DNA from: an uncultured Gemmatimonadales bacterium
GTDB lineage: Bacteria; Gemmatimonadota; Gemmatimonadetes; Longimicrobiales; Gaopeijiaceae
Reading direction: 5' to 3'
DNA length: 64,000 nt
Assembly (NCBI GenBank): GCA_963809895.1
Contig: CAWELD010000003.1
Coordinates: 2,880,001 to 2,944,000, forward strand
Shown piece after piece: positions 9,722 to 18,688 of this stretch. Numbering within the stretch: the first letter of the stretch is position 1; every line of letters starts with the position of its first letter. The position numbers were made by a program, and so were the translations under genes. Below the pieces are notes generated by a model, which was not told the origin of the DNA, searched no databases, and saw nothing but the letters and a program-made list of their open reading frames with translations.

Positions 9722-12600
9722 CCGACCGACCCCTGGACTCCGCCACCTGGTCGAGGATCGAGGCCATCTTCCAGGAGGCGCTGGATCGTCCGGCCGACCA
9801 GCGCGACGCGTTCGTGCGTGTGGCCTGCGCGGGCGAAGGAGGGCTCGTAGAACGGGTCGAGGCGCTCCTGGCCGCGGACCGCGCGGGGCCGGGGCTCCTG
9901 GACACCTCTCCGCTGGAGGCCGCGGGCCTGCTCCTGGCCGGCGCCCCGTCGACGGGTGATCTTCCAGCCACCGTCCCGCTACCCCCCGATACACGGGTCG
10001 GCCCCTTCCGCGTCCTGGACGTGCTGGGACGGGGTGGGATGGGCACCGTCTACCGTGCCGAGCGCGCCGACGGGGCCTACCAGCAGCAGGTGGCGCTCAA
10101 GGTCGTGAGCGGAGGTCCGCTGGCCGGGGACCTCGAGCGGCGCTTCCTCCGGGAGCGGCAGATCCTGGCGCGCCTACAACACCCTGGGATCTCCCGGCTC
10201 CTGGACGGGGGCCTCACCGACGAGGGCCACCCCTATCTCGCCATGGAGTTGGTGGAAGGCCGACCCCTCCTGGAATGGGCGGAGGCCACGGATGCCGATC
10301 TGGAAGCCCGCATCCGGCTCATGTTGGAAATCTGCGACGCGGTGCAGTACGCCCACCGGAACCTGGTGGTCCACCGCGACCTGAAGCCCTCCAACGTGCT
10401 CGTGGATGCCGGCGGCCGGCCCCACCTGCTGGACTTCGGAATCGCCCATCTGCTGGAAGCGGACGCCGGGGATCCCGACGATGCGGCGACTCGCACGGGG
10501 ATGCTCCTGCTCACGCCGCAGTACGCCGCTCCGGAACAACTCCGCGGCGGAACCGCCACCACGGCGACCGACGTCTACTCGCTGGGGGCGGTCCTCTACG
10601 AGTTGCTGGCGCGGCGCCGGCCCTTCGAGGGCGATCTCGGGTCCTGGGAGCAGATGCTGCAATCGACCCGCGAGGATCCACCCATCATGAGCCGCGCGGT
10701 GCCCGCCGACGAGGTTCACCTCCGGCGGTCGCTCCGGGGGGATCTGGATACGATCGTGGCCAAGGCGCTCCGACGGCAGCCGGAGCGGCGCTATCCGTCG
10801 GTCGAGGCCCTCGCCGACGATCTAGAACGGTATCTGGCGCAGCGCCCGGTGTCGGCACGGCCCGACACCCTGACCTACCGCCTCGGCCGCTACGTGCGCC
10901 GGCACAGAACCGGAGTGGCCGCCGCCCTGACCGTGGCCGTGGCCCTGGTAGCGGGCCTGGCGTCGACGGCCTGGCAGGCCCGGGCCACGCGCCTCGAGGC
11001 CAGGCGCACGCGCGAGGTGAGCGACTTCCTCTTCAGCCTCTTCGACGCCGCCGACCCCGAGCAGAATGCCGGCGTCATTCCCGACGCCCGCGAGCTCCTG
11101 GACCGAGGTGCCGCGCGCGTCCGGTCGCTCGGCACCGGCGCGGGCCCGGAGATCCGCGCGGACATCTTCACCACGCTGGGTCTCCTCTACCAGAAGCTCG
11201 GCCTGCTGGAGCGGGCGGACACGCTGCTGCGAGAGGCGGTCGAACTCGCCCAGAGCTCGCTGGGCGACGACGAGCGGACCGCGCGGGCGTTGGGCGCCCT
11301 GGGCACGGTGGCCATCGACGAAGGGCGCTACCAGGAGGCGGAGGACGTGCTGCGGCGGAGCCTCGAGCTTCGCGACCGGATCGGCTCTCCGGACACGCTC
11401 CGCGCCGAGGCGCTGGGGAACCTGGGAGTTCTGCAGAGCGTCGCGGGGCGCCTGGACAGCGCCGTGGCGCTCCATCGCCGCGCGCTGGCCATAGACCGTC
11501 GGGCATTGGGCCCCGCCGCTCCGCGGGTGGCCACGGACCTCAACAACCTGGGGCTCGCCCTGGACGGAGCCGGGAATCCCGAGGAAGCCGAGCCGTTGCT
11601 GCGCGACGCGCTGCGCATTCGCCTGGCCGCCTACGGGGAGCGCCACCCGCTGGTGGCCGCGAGCTACGCCAACCTGGCCGCGCCCGTGGGCAGTCTGGGC
11701 GACCTGGCCGGCGCCGAAGCACTCCACCGGAAGGCGCTGGCGATCCGCCGGGAAATCTACGGCAGCGAGCACCCGGACATCGCCCGCGCCCTGGACCAGA
11801 TCGCCCTGTACGCCGACCAGCAGGGGCGCTTCCACGAGGCAGACAGCCTCTATCGCGAAGCGTTGGCCATGAGGCGGCGGCTTCTCGGAGAGGACCATCC
11901 GGACGTGGCCGCAACGCTGAACAACCTCGCCACGCTTCGCTACCGCATGGGCGACTACGCCGGGGCCGCTGCTGCCCAGGTGGAAGTGGTGCGGCTGTGG
12001 AAGGAGAGCCTGGGGCCGGAACACGCGAACTACGCCACCGCCCTCAACAACCTGGGCGTCATGCGGATGAAGGCCGGCGATCCGGTCCAGGGAGAACGGG
12101 ACCTGGAAGAAGCCCTGGCCCTGCGAAGGCGGATCCGGGGCGAGATGCACGAAGACGTGGGCGCCAGTCTCCTCAACGTGGGGGACGCCCGGCGTGCCCG
12201 AGGGCGCCTTTCGGAGGCGGACTCCCTGTACAGGGCGGGGCTCGTCGTGCTCCGCGAATCCACGGTGCCGGGGCACTGGCGCCGTGCCGACGCCGAGGTG
12301 CGCCTGGGGCGCGTGTTGGTGGAGGAGGGGCGTCCCGGTGACGCGATCGACATCCTGCGTGACGGGCTGGACATCCGCGAGGCCACCTTCGTAGAGGACG
12401 ACCTGCGCATCGCCGAGGCCCGCCTGTGGCTGGGCGTTGCCCTGGCCCATGCGGGCAGCACCGCCGAGGCCCGGCCCCTCCTCTCGGAGGCTCGGGACAG
12501 CTACCTGGAGCAGAGGGGACCGGACGACGCCGACGCGCTGCGCGCGGCCGCGGAGCTGGCCCGACTCGGGGCCCCTGAGCGGCCCGCCGACGGGCGGTAG
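9718..12600 (+). CDS. Membrane Hanks-type Ser/Thr protein kinase with C-terminal TPR array
   Basis: ATGA overlap with the sigma gene. GRGGMGTVY, VALK, HRDLKPSN, LDFG, YAAPEQ; one TM (GVAAALTVAVALVAGLA); then repeated units of about 42 aa of the 'G-x-x-HP-x-VA-x-x-LNNL' TPR type. Confidence 0.95.
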   Translation: MTDRPLDSATWSRIEAIFQEALDRPADQRDAFVRVACAGEGGLVERVEALLAADRAGPGLLDTSPLEAAGLLLAGAPSTGDLPATVPLPPDTRVGPFRVLDVLGRGGMGTVYRAERADGAYQQQVALKVVSGGPLAGDLERRFLRERQILARLQHPGISRLLDGGLTDEGHPYLAMELVEGRPLLEWAEATDADLEARIRLMLEICDAVQYAHRNLVVHRDLKPSNVLVDAGGRPHLLDFGIAHLLEADAGDPDDAATRTGMLLLTPQYAAPEQLRGGTATTATDVYSLGAVLYELLARRRPFEGDLGSWEQMLQSTREDPPIMSRAVPADEVHLRRSLRGDLDTIVAKALRRQPERRYPSVEALADDLERYLAQRPVSARPDTLTYRLGRYVRRHRTGVAAALTVAVALVAGLASTAWQARATRLEARRTREVSDFLFSLFDAADPEQNAGVIPDARELLDRGAARVRSLGTGAGPEIRADIFTTLGLLYQKLGLLERADTLLREAVELAQSSLGDDERTARALGALGTVAIDEGRYQEAEDVLRRSLELRDRIGSPDTLRAEALGNLGVLQSVAGRLDSAVALHRRALAIDRRALGPAAPRVATDLNNLGLALDGAGNPEEAEPLLRDALRIRLAAYGERHPLVAASYANLAAPVGSLGDLAGAEALHRKALAIRREIYGSEHPDIARALDQIALYADQQGRFHEADSLYREALAMRRRLLGEDHPDVAATLNNLATLRYRMGDYAGAAAAQVEVVRLWKESLGPEHANYATALNNLGVMRMKAGDPVQGERDLEEALALRRRIRGEMHEDVGASLLNVGDARRARGRLSEADSLYRAGLVVLRESTVPGHWRRADAEVRLGRVLVEEGRPGDAIDILRDGLDIREATFVEDDLRIAEARLWLGVALAHAGSTAEARPLLSEARDSYLEQRGPDDADALRAAAELARLGAPERPADGR

Positions 12601-12622
12601 TCCGGACCTGGTGCCACCGGCC

Positions 12623-13213
12623 TCACCGCAACCGGGACATGACGATCCCGGCCAGCGTCGCCACGGCCTCCCGCGTCGGTCCGTTCAGGAGCACCACCAC
12701 GGCGTCCTGGGCGTCCTTCTCGACCGTGGCGGTCCAGCCACCTTCGCCGGCATCACGCAACGCGGCGGCATGGCCGTCCAGCGACAGCGCACTCCAGCGT
12801 CCGCCCTCGACGAGGCTCGCCATGTCCGGGTCGGCGTCGTCCAGGTCCTCGTTCAGGCGCGCGGCGAGGGCGGCGGAGGTCGTGGGCGGGCCCCACGAGC
12901 CGCTCTGTCGGACGGTGAGGTTCACCGCATTGGGCCATCCACCGTCATAGATGCAGATCGTCACCAGGCTCCTGGGCACGCCCTCGGGGGCGTAGCCACC
13001 GTCCGCTTCCCGCCGCGTGGGCTCGGCCACCGGGACGCCGATGGCGTCTCCCACCTCGGCCGGCGTGAGGAGGGAGCACGCGTCGATGCGCGTGAGCGAT
13101 TCGGCCACCCGGCTCCCCCCTTCGGAGTCTCCGCCCCCCCCGCAGGCCAGGGTGAAGATCGGCGCGCAGAGGGCGACGCTGACGAGCGTGGGTGCGCGTG
13201 AGAACGATCGCAT
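12623..13213 (-). CDS. Hypothetical lipoprotein (DUF3558-like)
   Basis: Lipobox TLAC; IDACSLLTPAEV motif followed by a second Cys (ICIY). Confidence 0.7.
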   Translation of the reverse strand: MRSFSRAPTLVSVALCAPIFTLACGGGGDSEGGSRVAESLTRIDACSLLTPAEVGDAIGVPVAEPTRREADGGYAPEGVPRSLVTICIYDGGWPNAVNLTVRQSGSWGPPTTSAALAARLNEDLDDADPDMASLVEGGRWSALSLDGHAAALRDAGEGGWTATVEKDAQDAVVVLLNGPTREAVATLAGIVMSRLR

Positions 13214-13255
13214 GGAATCTCTCCGTTCGTTGACGTTGGACAACGTAGCACCAGC

Positions 13256-13909
13256 TCAGTCCGATCGGCGGTACCGGTCGGCCATGAACTGGTAGTAGAT
13301 GAAACCGTATCGGTCGAACCAGGCATCCTCGCCGAAGATCTGCGCCTCGCAGGCGGCGATCCCCTTCAGCGCGGCTTCGAGCGTGCCCACCAACTCCGCG
13401 TACTTGTCGTCGTAGGCAGCCTGTACCCCCTTCTGGGACGTCTGGATCTTCGTGCGCTCGCGCATCCAGGCGAGGCCCGCAACAGGGTGGACGCCCGCAA
13501 TCGCGTCGCCGAAGGCGATGGCCTCCTTGATCATGTCCTGGCTCGAGGAGTAGATGCGCCTGAGCGCTTCGAACCGGAGGCGGACCCGCTGTAGATCGGC
13601 GTAGGGTTGCTCGAAACACGCCTGGCACTCGGCCGACCCCTTGCAGCGGGAGGGCAGTTGGGGCATTCCCGGCGGAGAGGGGTCGGGATCGTACCCCGCG
13701 TCCTTCGGAGAGAACGGATCCATCCAGTCGAAGATCTTCTTGCCGCCGTCGAAGGACTTCTTGATGGGATCGTAGGCCTTCTTGCTGTTGTCCCACATCT
13801 TCTTCAGGGCGGACCAATCGTCCAGTCCGGGCGCCAGCGAGGACTGGGCGGACGCCGGCAGGTGGAACAGGGCGCACAGGCCCGCCAGGAGGAGCACGCG
13901 ACGAATCAT
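13256..13909 (-). CDS. Hypothetical secreted, mostly helical protein with Cys cluster
   Basis: Signal peptide ending ASA-Q; CKGSAECQAC plus a distal Cys; ATGA overlap with the upstream gene. Confidence 0.8.
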   Translation of the reverse strand: MIRRVLLLAGLCALFHLPASAQSSLAPGLDDWSALKKMWDNSKKAYDPIKKSFDGGKKIFDWMDPFSPKDAGYDPDPSPPGMPQLPSRCKGSAECQACFEQPYADLQRVRLRFEALRRIYSSSQDMIKEAIAFGDAIAGVHPVAGLAWMRERTKIQTSQKGVQAAYDDKYAELVGTLEAALKGIAACEAQIFGEDAWFDRYGFIYYQFMADRYRRSD

Positions 13910-14589
13910 GAGACGTTCCTCCGCACCAGGAGCACGGTAGCCAGGACCAGGAGGCCACCCGCCAGGAAAGCAGCGAGCACGACGAAGGGGACGGAGGCCC
14001 CTCGGCCCGACGCTCCCTCCGACGACGCCACGCCAGAGGCCGGCTCCAGCGACGCCCGGGTCGCGCGAAACTCCTCGGGCGTGAGGATCACGTCGTCGGC
14101 GAGGTCGGGGGTGACCTCGTCACCCACCCAGGCCACGAGTCCGAAGGCGACGGGGGTAGGTCCTGGACCCCGCACACGGATGTTCACCACACCCTCGGTC
14201 CGGAGCTCGAAGGTGACTGCGCCGTCGGGGCCCGTCGCCCCCGACCGAAGCGGGTCCGTCCATCCGTCGGCCATGAGATCCACGCGGACGTCGTCGCCGG
14301 CGGCGGACAGCACCGTGATGACCGTGGGCTGGAGAACGCTCAGGTTCCCGAGGCGTAGCTTGAGCCCCGCGCTGTCGACCTGCCCGTGACGGATGGCCAC
14401 CTCGCCCCCGGGCAACGCCGGATCCGGCCGGCGGTCCAGCACCGTGACGTCCGGTGCCGGGTCCGTGGGGTCGAAGGAGGGCACGTCTTCCCCCGCGGGG
14501 TCCTGGGCTCGGGCCTGCGGGGAAGCGACGCACAGCGCCATGGGGACGATCGCGCAGACGAGCCACCGCCGTCGTATGCTCTCCAGCAT
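13906..14589 (-). CDS. Hypothetical exported protein with C-terminal membrane anchor
   Basis: GGAGG RBS before ATG 14589, signal peptide ending ARA-Q, beta-rich core, Ser/Gly linker, C-terminal TM followed by RRN. Confidence 0.75.
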   Translation of the reverse strand: MLESIRRRWLVCAIVPMALCVASPQARAQDPAGEDVPSFDPTDPAPDVTVLDRRPDPALPGGEVAIRHGQVDSAGLKLRLGNLSVLQPTVITVLSAAGDDVRVDLMADGWTDPLRSGATGPDGAVTFELRTEGVVNIRVRGPGPTPVAFGLVAWVGDEVTPDLADDVILTPEEFRATRASLEPASGVASSEGASGRGASVPFVVLAAFLAGGLLVLATVLLVRRNVS

Positions 14590-14647
14590 GCGGTCCTCCT
14601 GTGGGGGTGCGGCGGGCGGCGGAGTTCCAACCGCCGTCATCACCCAC

Positions 14648-14680
14648 CCAGACGGAACTCCGGGCGATGAGGGGACAGGG
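14648..14680 (-). promoter_or_regulatory. Putative ECF promoter for the leftward operon
   Basis: Minus strand reads CCCTGTCCCC-N16-CGTCTGG. Confidence 0.7.
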
Positions 14681-14682
14681 CA

Positions 14683-14715
14683 CCCTGGCCCCCCGCCGTC
14701 GCACCCTGCGTCTGG
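14683..14715 (+). promoter_or_regulatory. Putative ECF promoter for the rightward operon
   Basis: Plus strand reads CCCTGGCCCC-N16-CGTCTGG, with the same spacing as the opposite-strand copy. Confidence 0.7.
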
Positions 14716-14781
14716 ATGATCGGGACCGGCGGCACACGCCCCGAACCCCGAGGTCCCGCCTGCTACCTTCCGGAGGCCCCC

Positions 14782-16179
14782 ATGCCGCGACACACCACCC
14801 TCACCCTGATGCTCCTCGCCCAGGTCATCGCCTGCGGTGCATGCGGACGCGACGGCTCGGAGGCGCGAGCTTCGTCGGACGAGGTGCCTGCCGGCGCTCC
14901 GGGGGTGGCCGATCCGGTCGCGTCGCCGGCCCCCGCTGAAGCGTCTCCAGCACCCACCACCGGGACCGGGCTCGACGGACTCCTCGCCGGCCTCGATCAG
15001 CTCGCCGATGCAGTGTCCGGAGACGAGACGCCCCTGGAGCCGTGGCCACTGGAGCAGCCGCCGGCGGGCTGGGAAGAGGCGGCGCCTGACGCCATCCCCC
15101 TGACCGAGGGCCTCACCGTCGTGACGGCCGTCGCCGAACCCCGGGGCGACTACGAGTCCATGAAGCAGGTGCGCGAGGCCGACGAGTCGTCGGTGCTCAT
15201 CCACTACCGCACCCGGAGCGACGACCCGGCGCTGCCCCGGTTGGAGCAATGGCGGCGGGTGTCACGCGAAGACCTTCGTGAAGCCCGGGGCTATCGCATG
15301 ATCTTCGGCCAGGACGACGAGTCCTCGTATCCCGGCCAGACGGCTCTGGGCGTGTCCACCGCGGTGCTGGACGCGCTCAGGCGCGGGGATCAGCCGGAGT
15401 TCGAGTTGACGGGAGACGCCGATATGTTCGCGAGCCTGATGGGGGCCGCATTCGGCGGAGATCCCGTTCCCCTCCGCGGCCAGCTTCAGCGGGTGGAAGG
15501 CCCGCCGCAGGCCGTTCCCGTCCTCCTCAACGGCAGCCGGGTCTGGCTGCCCGCCATCCACGCCCGCGGCACCCTTCAGGGACTCCTGAGCCCGTTCCCG
15601 GTGGAGTTCTGGTTCCTGGACGATTCGAGCAATCCCCTCACACTCCGCGCCCATACGACGAGCATGCGCCTTCAAGCGGTCCGCATCGACCTGCCCGCGC
15701 CCGCGGCCGTGGCCACGGAGCTGGAGAGCGCGCTGGCCTCACGGGAGTCCGCCGAACTCTTCGGCGTCTACTTCGAGTTCGCCAGCGACGAGCTCCAGCC
15801 CGAATCGGACGCCGTGTTGGACGAGGTGGCAGCCCTCCTGGAGCGACATCCCGACTGGCGGCTGCGTGTGGAGGGCCACACCGACGACGTGGGCCGCCCG
15901 GAGGACAACCTGGATCTCTCCGAGCGTCGCGCCGCCGCAGTGGTGGCGGCCCTCGCAGCCCGTGTCCCGGCGGCCGTGGACCGGCTGGAAGCCCGGGGGT
16001 TCGGGGAGACCCGTCCCCGCGAGTCCAACGAGACCCTGGAAGGGCGGGCCCGCAATCGTCGGGTGGAGCTCGCGCGCGTCGGCGCGGACGCCCTCCCTGC
16101 CCCACTCCCGGATTCCGGGCGGGGACGTTCGTGGGACCGCACCCGCATCGCAGGCCTGGCAGCCCGGAGAAACCCATGA
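14782..16179 (+). CDS. OmpA-C domain lipoprotein with large uncharacterised N-terminal domain
   Basis: GGAGG RBS, lipobox-like IACGAC, C-terminal VYFEFASDEL...VEGHTD...NLDLSERRA...GFGETRP...GRARNRRVEL. Confidence 0.9.
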   Translation: MPRHTTLTLMLLAQVIACGACGRDGSEARASSDEVPAGAPGVADPVASPAPAEASPAPTTGTGLDGLLAGLDQLADAVSGDETPLEPWPLEQPPAGWEEAAPDAIPLTEGLTVVTAVAEPRGDYESMKQVREADESSVLIHYRTRSDDPALPRLEQWRRVSREDLREARGYRMIFGQDDESSYPGQTALGVSTAVLDALRRGDQPEFELTGDADMFASLMGAAFGGDPVPLRGQLQRVEGPPQAVPVLLNGSRVWLPAIHARGTLQGLLSPFPVEFWFLDDSSNPLTLRAHTTSMRLQAVRIDLPAPAAVATELESALASRESAELFGVYFEFASDELQPESDAVLDEVAALLERHPDWRLRVEGHTDDVGRPEDNLDLSERRAAAVVAALAARVPAAVDRLEARGFGETRPRESNETLEGRARNRRVELARVGADALPAPLPDSGRGRSWDRTRIAGLAARRNP

Positions 16180-16760
16180 GCACCTTGTCGCCGATCCGCA
16201 CCGCCACCGCCCTCGCCGTCCTCGTCCTCGTCGCCGCCTGTGGACGGAGCCCGGACGCCGATCGCCCAGGCCAGGCACCGGAGACCGAGCCAGACGCGGC
16301 CGATGTGGCTCCGTCCGGCAGGGCCGCGGCCCCACGCGATGCATGCGAGCTCATGACCTCCCGAGAGGTCGCCGCGTTCTACGGGGGCGACGTGGAGGTG
16401 GTGGGCGTGCCCGATGCCGGCGCCACGTGGAGCTCCTGCCACTACACGACGCCGGAAGACGACTTTCCCTTCATGGAGCTCACCGTCTATTGGGAGAACG
16501 GCAGGGAAGAGTGGCGGAGCTGGCAGGCGGCCAACGGCGTGGCACCCTCGGTCATGGCGACGCCGGGCGTGAACGTCGATTCCATCATCCGGCCCGGTCC
16601 GGTGGCTGGGCTCGGCGACGCCGCCTACTACAGCTCCATGCTCCCGTCGCTCATCCTGGTGGGAGATCGCCTGCTCGAGATCGCCATCCCCCTGATGCCC
16701 GACGCGGAGATGCACTTCAGGACGATCGGCGAGACGCTCCTCTCCCGGTTGGATCGATAG
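16176..16760 (+). CDS. Hypothetical lipoprotein (DUF3558-like), probable paralog of 12623..13213
   Basis: ATGA overlap with the ompA-like gene, lipobox VAAC, RDACELMTSREV, SCHY, VAGLGDAAYY. Confidence 0.75.
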   Translation: MSTLSPIRTATALAVLVLVAACGRSPDADRPGQAPETEPDAADVAPSGRAAAPRDACELMTSREVAAFYGGDVEVVGVPDAGATWSSCHYTTPEDDFPFMELTVYWENGREEWRSWQAANGVAPSVMATPGVNVDSIIRPGPVAGLGDAAYYSSMLPSLILVGDRLLEIAIPLMPDAEMHFRTIGETLLSRLDR

Positions 16761-16794
16761 CGGTGAAAGACCCCGTGCCCAGGCCGGTCGGTGC

Positions 16795-17115
16795 CTATTC
16801 GCAGCAGGGCCCTTCGCGCCATCCGGCCTCCGCCGGCGGAGCCTCACCCGTGGCGTCGCCCATTTCCTCGAGGACTTCGGGCTCGAGGGAGTAGTGCACC
16901 CACCGACCCTGGCGGCGGTCGCGCACGATACCGGCGTCCTTGAGCTTCTTCAGATGGAAGGAAAGTCGCGACTGGGGGGCGCCGAGCTGCTCTTGAAGCT
17001 CACAGACACAGCGCTCGCCACCGGTGAGCAGGCGCACGATCTCGATGCGCGTCAGGTCGGCCACAGCCTGGAATCCTCGCACCAGGGCGGAATCGGGGAG
17101 GGCCGTTCTGGACAT
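16795..17115 (-). CDS. arsR: ArsR/SmtB metalloregulator
   Basis: ADLTRIEIVRLL, ERCVCEL alpha3 Cys box, QSRLSFHLKKLKDAG, RRQGRWVHYSL, C-terminal CC. Confidence 0.88.
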   Translation of the reverse strand: MSRTALPDSALVRGFQAVADLTRIEIVRLLTGGERCVCELQEQLGAPQSRLSFHLKKLKDAGIVRDRRQGRWVHYSLEPEVLEEMGDATGEAPPAEAGWREGPCCE

Positions 17116-17128
17116 AGTCAATATGTCC
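17110..17128. promoter_or_regulatory. Palindrome over the arsR start, putative autoregulatory operator
   Basis: GGACATA-gtcaa-TATGTCC, perfect 7-bp arms; contains TTGACT on the minus strand. Confidence 0.55.
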
Positions 17129-17431
17129 GGGATGCCTTGCCGCGGCAACTCGCGGCTCAGGTTGAGCGGCGCCTCCGCCCTCGCGCGGCACGCGCCGTTT
17201 CACGAGACGTTCCGCCAGGGGTGCCGAACGTTCCGTGAAACAGACGCAGGACGGGTCGGGCACAGCCGTTCGGCAGCCCCAAGCCGTTGACACATCGCGA
17301 GTTGTCGCCCCAGAGCACCGACCGGGGGGTCGTCGGCCCGCACATTGCACTCTTATGGCTCCGCTGGGAACCCCCCACACCCCTCTCTCGGGGCTCGGTT
17401 CCGCACACTGTCATCAGACGGAGGACATCTC

Positions 17432-18616
17432 ATGAGGCATTGGAAGACCGTACCTCTTCTGGCGTTGACCGCGGTCGCCGCGGTGGCCTGCAACGACGCC
17501 ACGGATCCCGCTACCGTCACGTCGCCGGACGTGGTCACCGCGGCCTCGCCCGCCGGCGGCTCCCCGTCCATCCGCACGGGGGCCGTCTACCTGCAGTCCA
17601 ACGAGGCGGACGGCAACCACGTGCTGGTCTACAACCGGGCCGCAGACGGCTCACTCACGGCCGCCTCGCCGGTGGCCACCGGCGGAGACGGCACGGGCGA
17701 CGGCCTGGGCAACCAGGGCGCGTTGGCGCTGACGAACAACGGCCGGCTCCTCCTGGTGGTGAACGCGGGCTCCAACTCCATCACGTCGTTCCGGGTGACC
17801 CACAGCGGCCTGCAGTGGGCCGACATGGCCCCGTCCGGCGGTGATCGGCCCGTCAGTCTCACCATTCACGGCAACCTGGTCTACGTGCTGAATGCGGCGC
17901 GCGACGCGGGAGACGGCGGGCCCAACAACATCAGCGCGCTGTGGCTGGGGAACGACGGATCGTTGGAGCCCATGGCAGGCTCGTCGCGGCCGCTGAGCGA
18001 CGACTACGTCGGACCGGCTCAGGTGAGCTTCTCGCCCGACGGGCACGTGTTGGCGGTCACCGAGAAGGGCACGAATCTGATCACTACCTACACCGTGGAC
18101 TCCGACGGCATGGCCTCCGGGCCCACTTGGTTCGCCTCCGCCGCACCCACGCCCTTCGGCTTCGCCTTCGATCGCGATGGACACCTCATCGTCAGTGAAG
18201 CCGCCGGTGGCGCTGCCGACGCCAGCAGCGTGTCGTCGTACGACGTGGGTTGGGACGGTTCGCTGAGCCTGATCACCGATGCGCTCGCCACGACCGAGAC
18301 CGCGGCATGCTGGATCGCCATCTCGAACAACAGCCGCTTCGCGTACACGACGAACGGCGGCAGCGGCACGATCTCCGGCGTTAGCATCGGCCATGACGGC
18401 AGCTTGAGCCTGCTGGACGCCGATGGTGTCACGGGCGACTCAGGAGCCGGCAGCACGCCTCTGGACGCCGCCTTCTCGTCCGGCGGCCGGTACCTCTACG
18501 TGCTGGCGGCGGGTGTGCCCGGTATCGCCGTCTTCGAGATCGACTCCCATGGTGGGCTCACCGAGCTGCCGGGTGTGTCGCTTCCGGCGGGCGCGAACGG
18601 GATGGCAGCACGGTAG
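17432..18616 (+). CDS. Lactonase-family (Pgl-like) beta-propeller lipoprotein
   Basis: GGAGG RBS, lipobox AVAC, repeated blades (LLVVNAGSNSITSF, VSFSPDGHVL, CWIAISNNSRFAYTTN, FSSGGRYLYVL). Confidence 0.85.
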   Translation: MRHWKTVPLLALTAVAAVACNDATDPATVTSPDVVTAASPAGGSPSIRTGAVYLQSNEADGNHVLVYNRAADGSLTAASPVATGGDGTGDGLGNQGALALTNNGRLLLVVNAGSNSITSFRVTHSGLQWADMAPSGGDRPVSLTIHGNLVYVLNAARDAGDGGPNNISALWLGNDGSLEPMAGSSRPLSDDYVGPAQVSFSPDGHVLAVTEKGTNLITTYTVDSDGMASGPTWFASAAPTPFGFAFDRDGHLIVSEAAGGAADASSVSSYDVGWDGSLSLITDALATTETAACWIAISNNSRFAYTTNGGSGTISGVSIGHDGSLSLLDADGVTGDSGAGSTPLDAAFSSGGRYLYVLAAGVPGIAVFEIDSHGGLTELPGVSLPAGANGMAAR

Positions 18617-18640
18617 GAACCGTCAGCTGCAGAATCTCGC

Positions 18641-18682
18641 GACCCCTCCCCCTCCGGCCTACGCCGGGGGCGGAGGGGTTTC
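18641..18682. terminator. Intrinsic terminator-like hairpin between convergent genes
   Basis: gACCCCTCC-c-CCTCCGGC-ctac-GCCGGGGG-c-GGAGGGGT followed by TTCT. Confidence 0.65.
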
Positions 18683-18688
18683 TCGCGT

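Noticed and set aside
17197..17242. parS-like half sites GTTTCACG and CGTGAAAC
   Set aside because: The halves are 29 bp apart rather than contiguous, so this is not a parS site; kept only as an inverted repeat.
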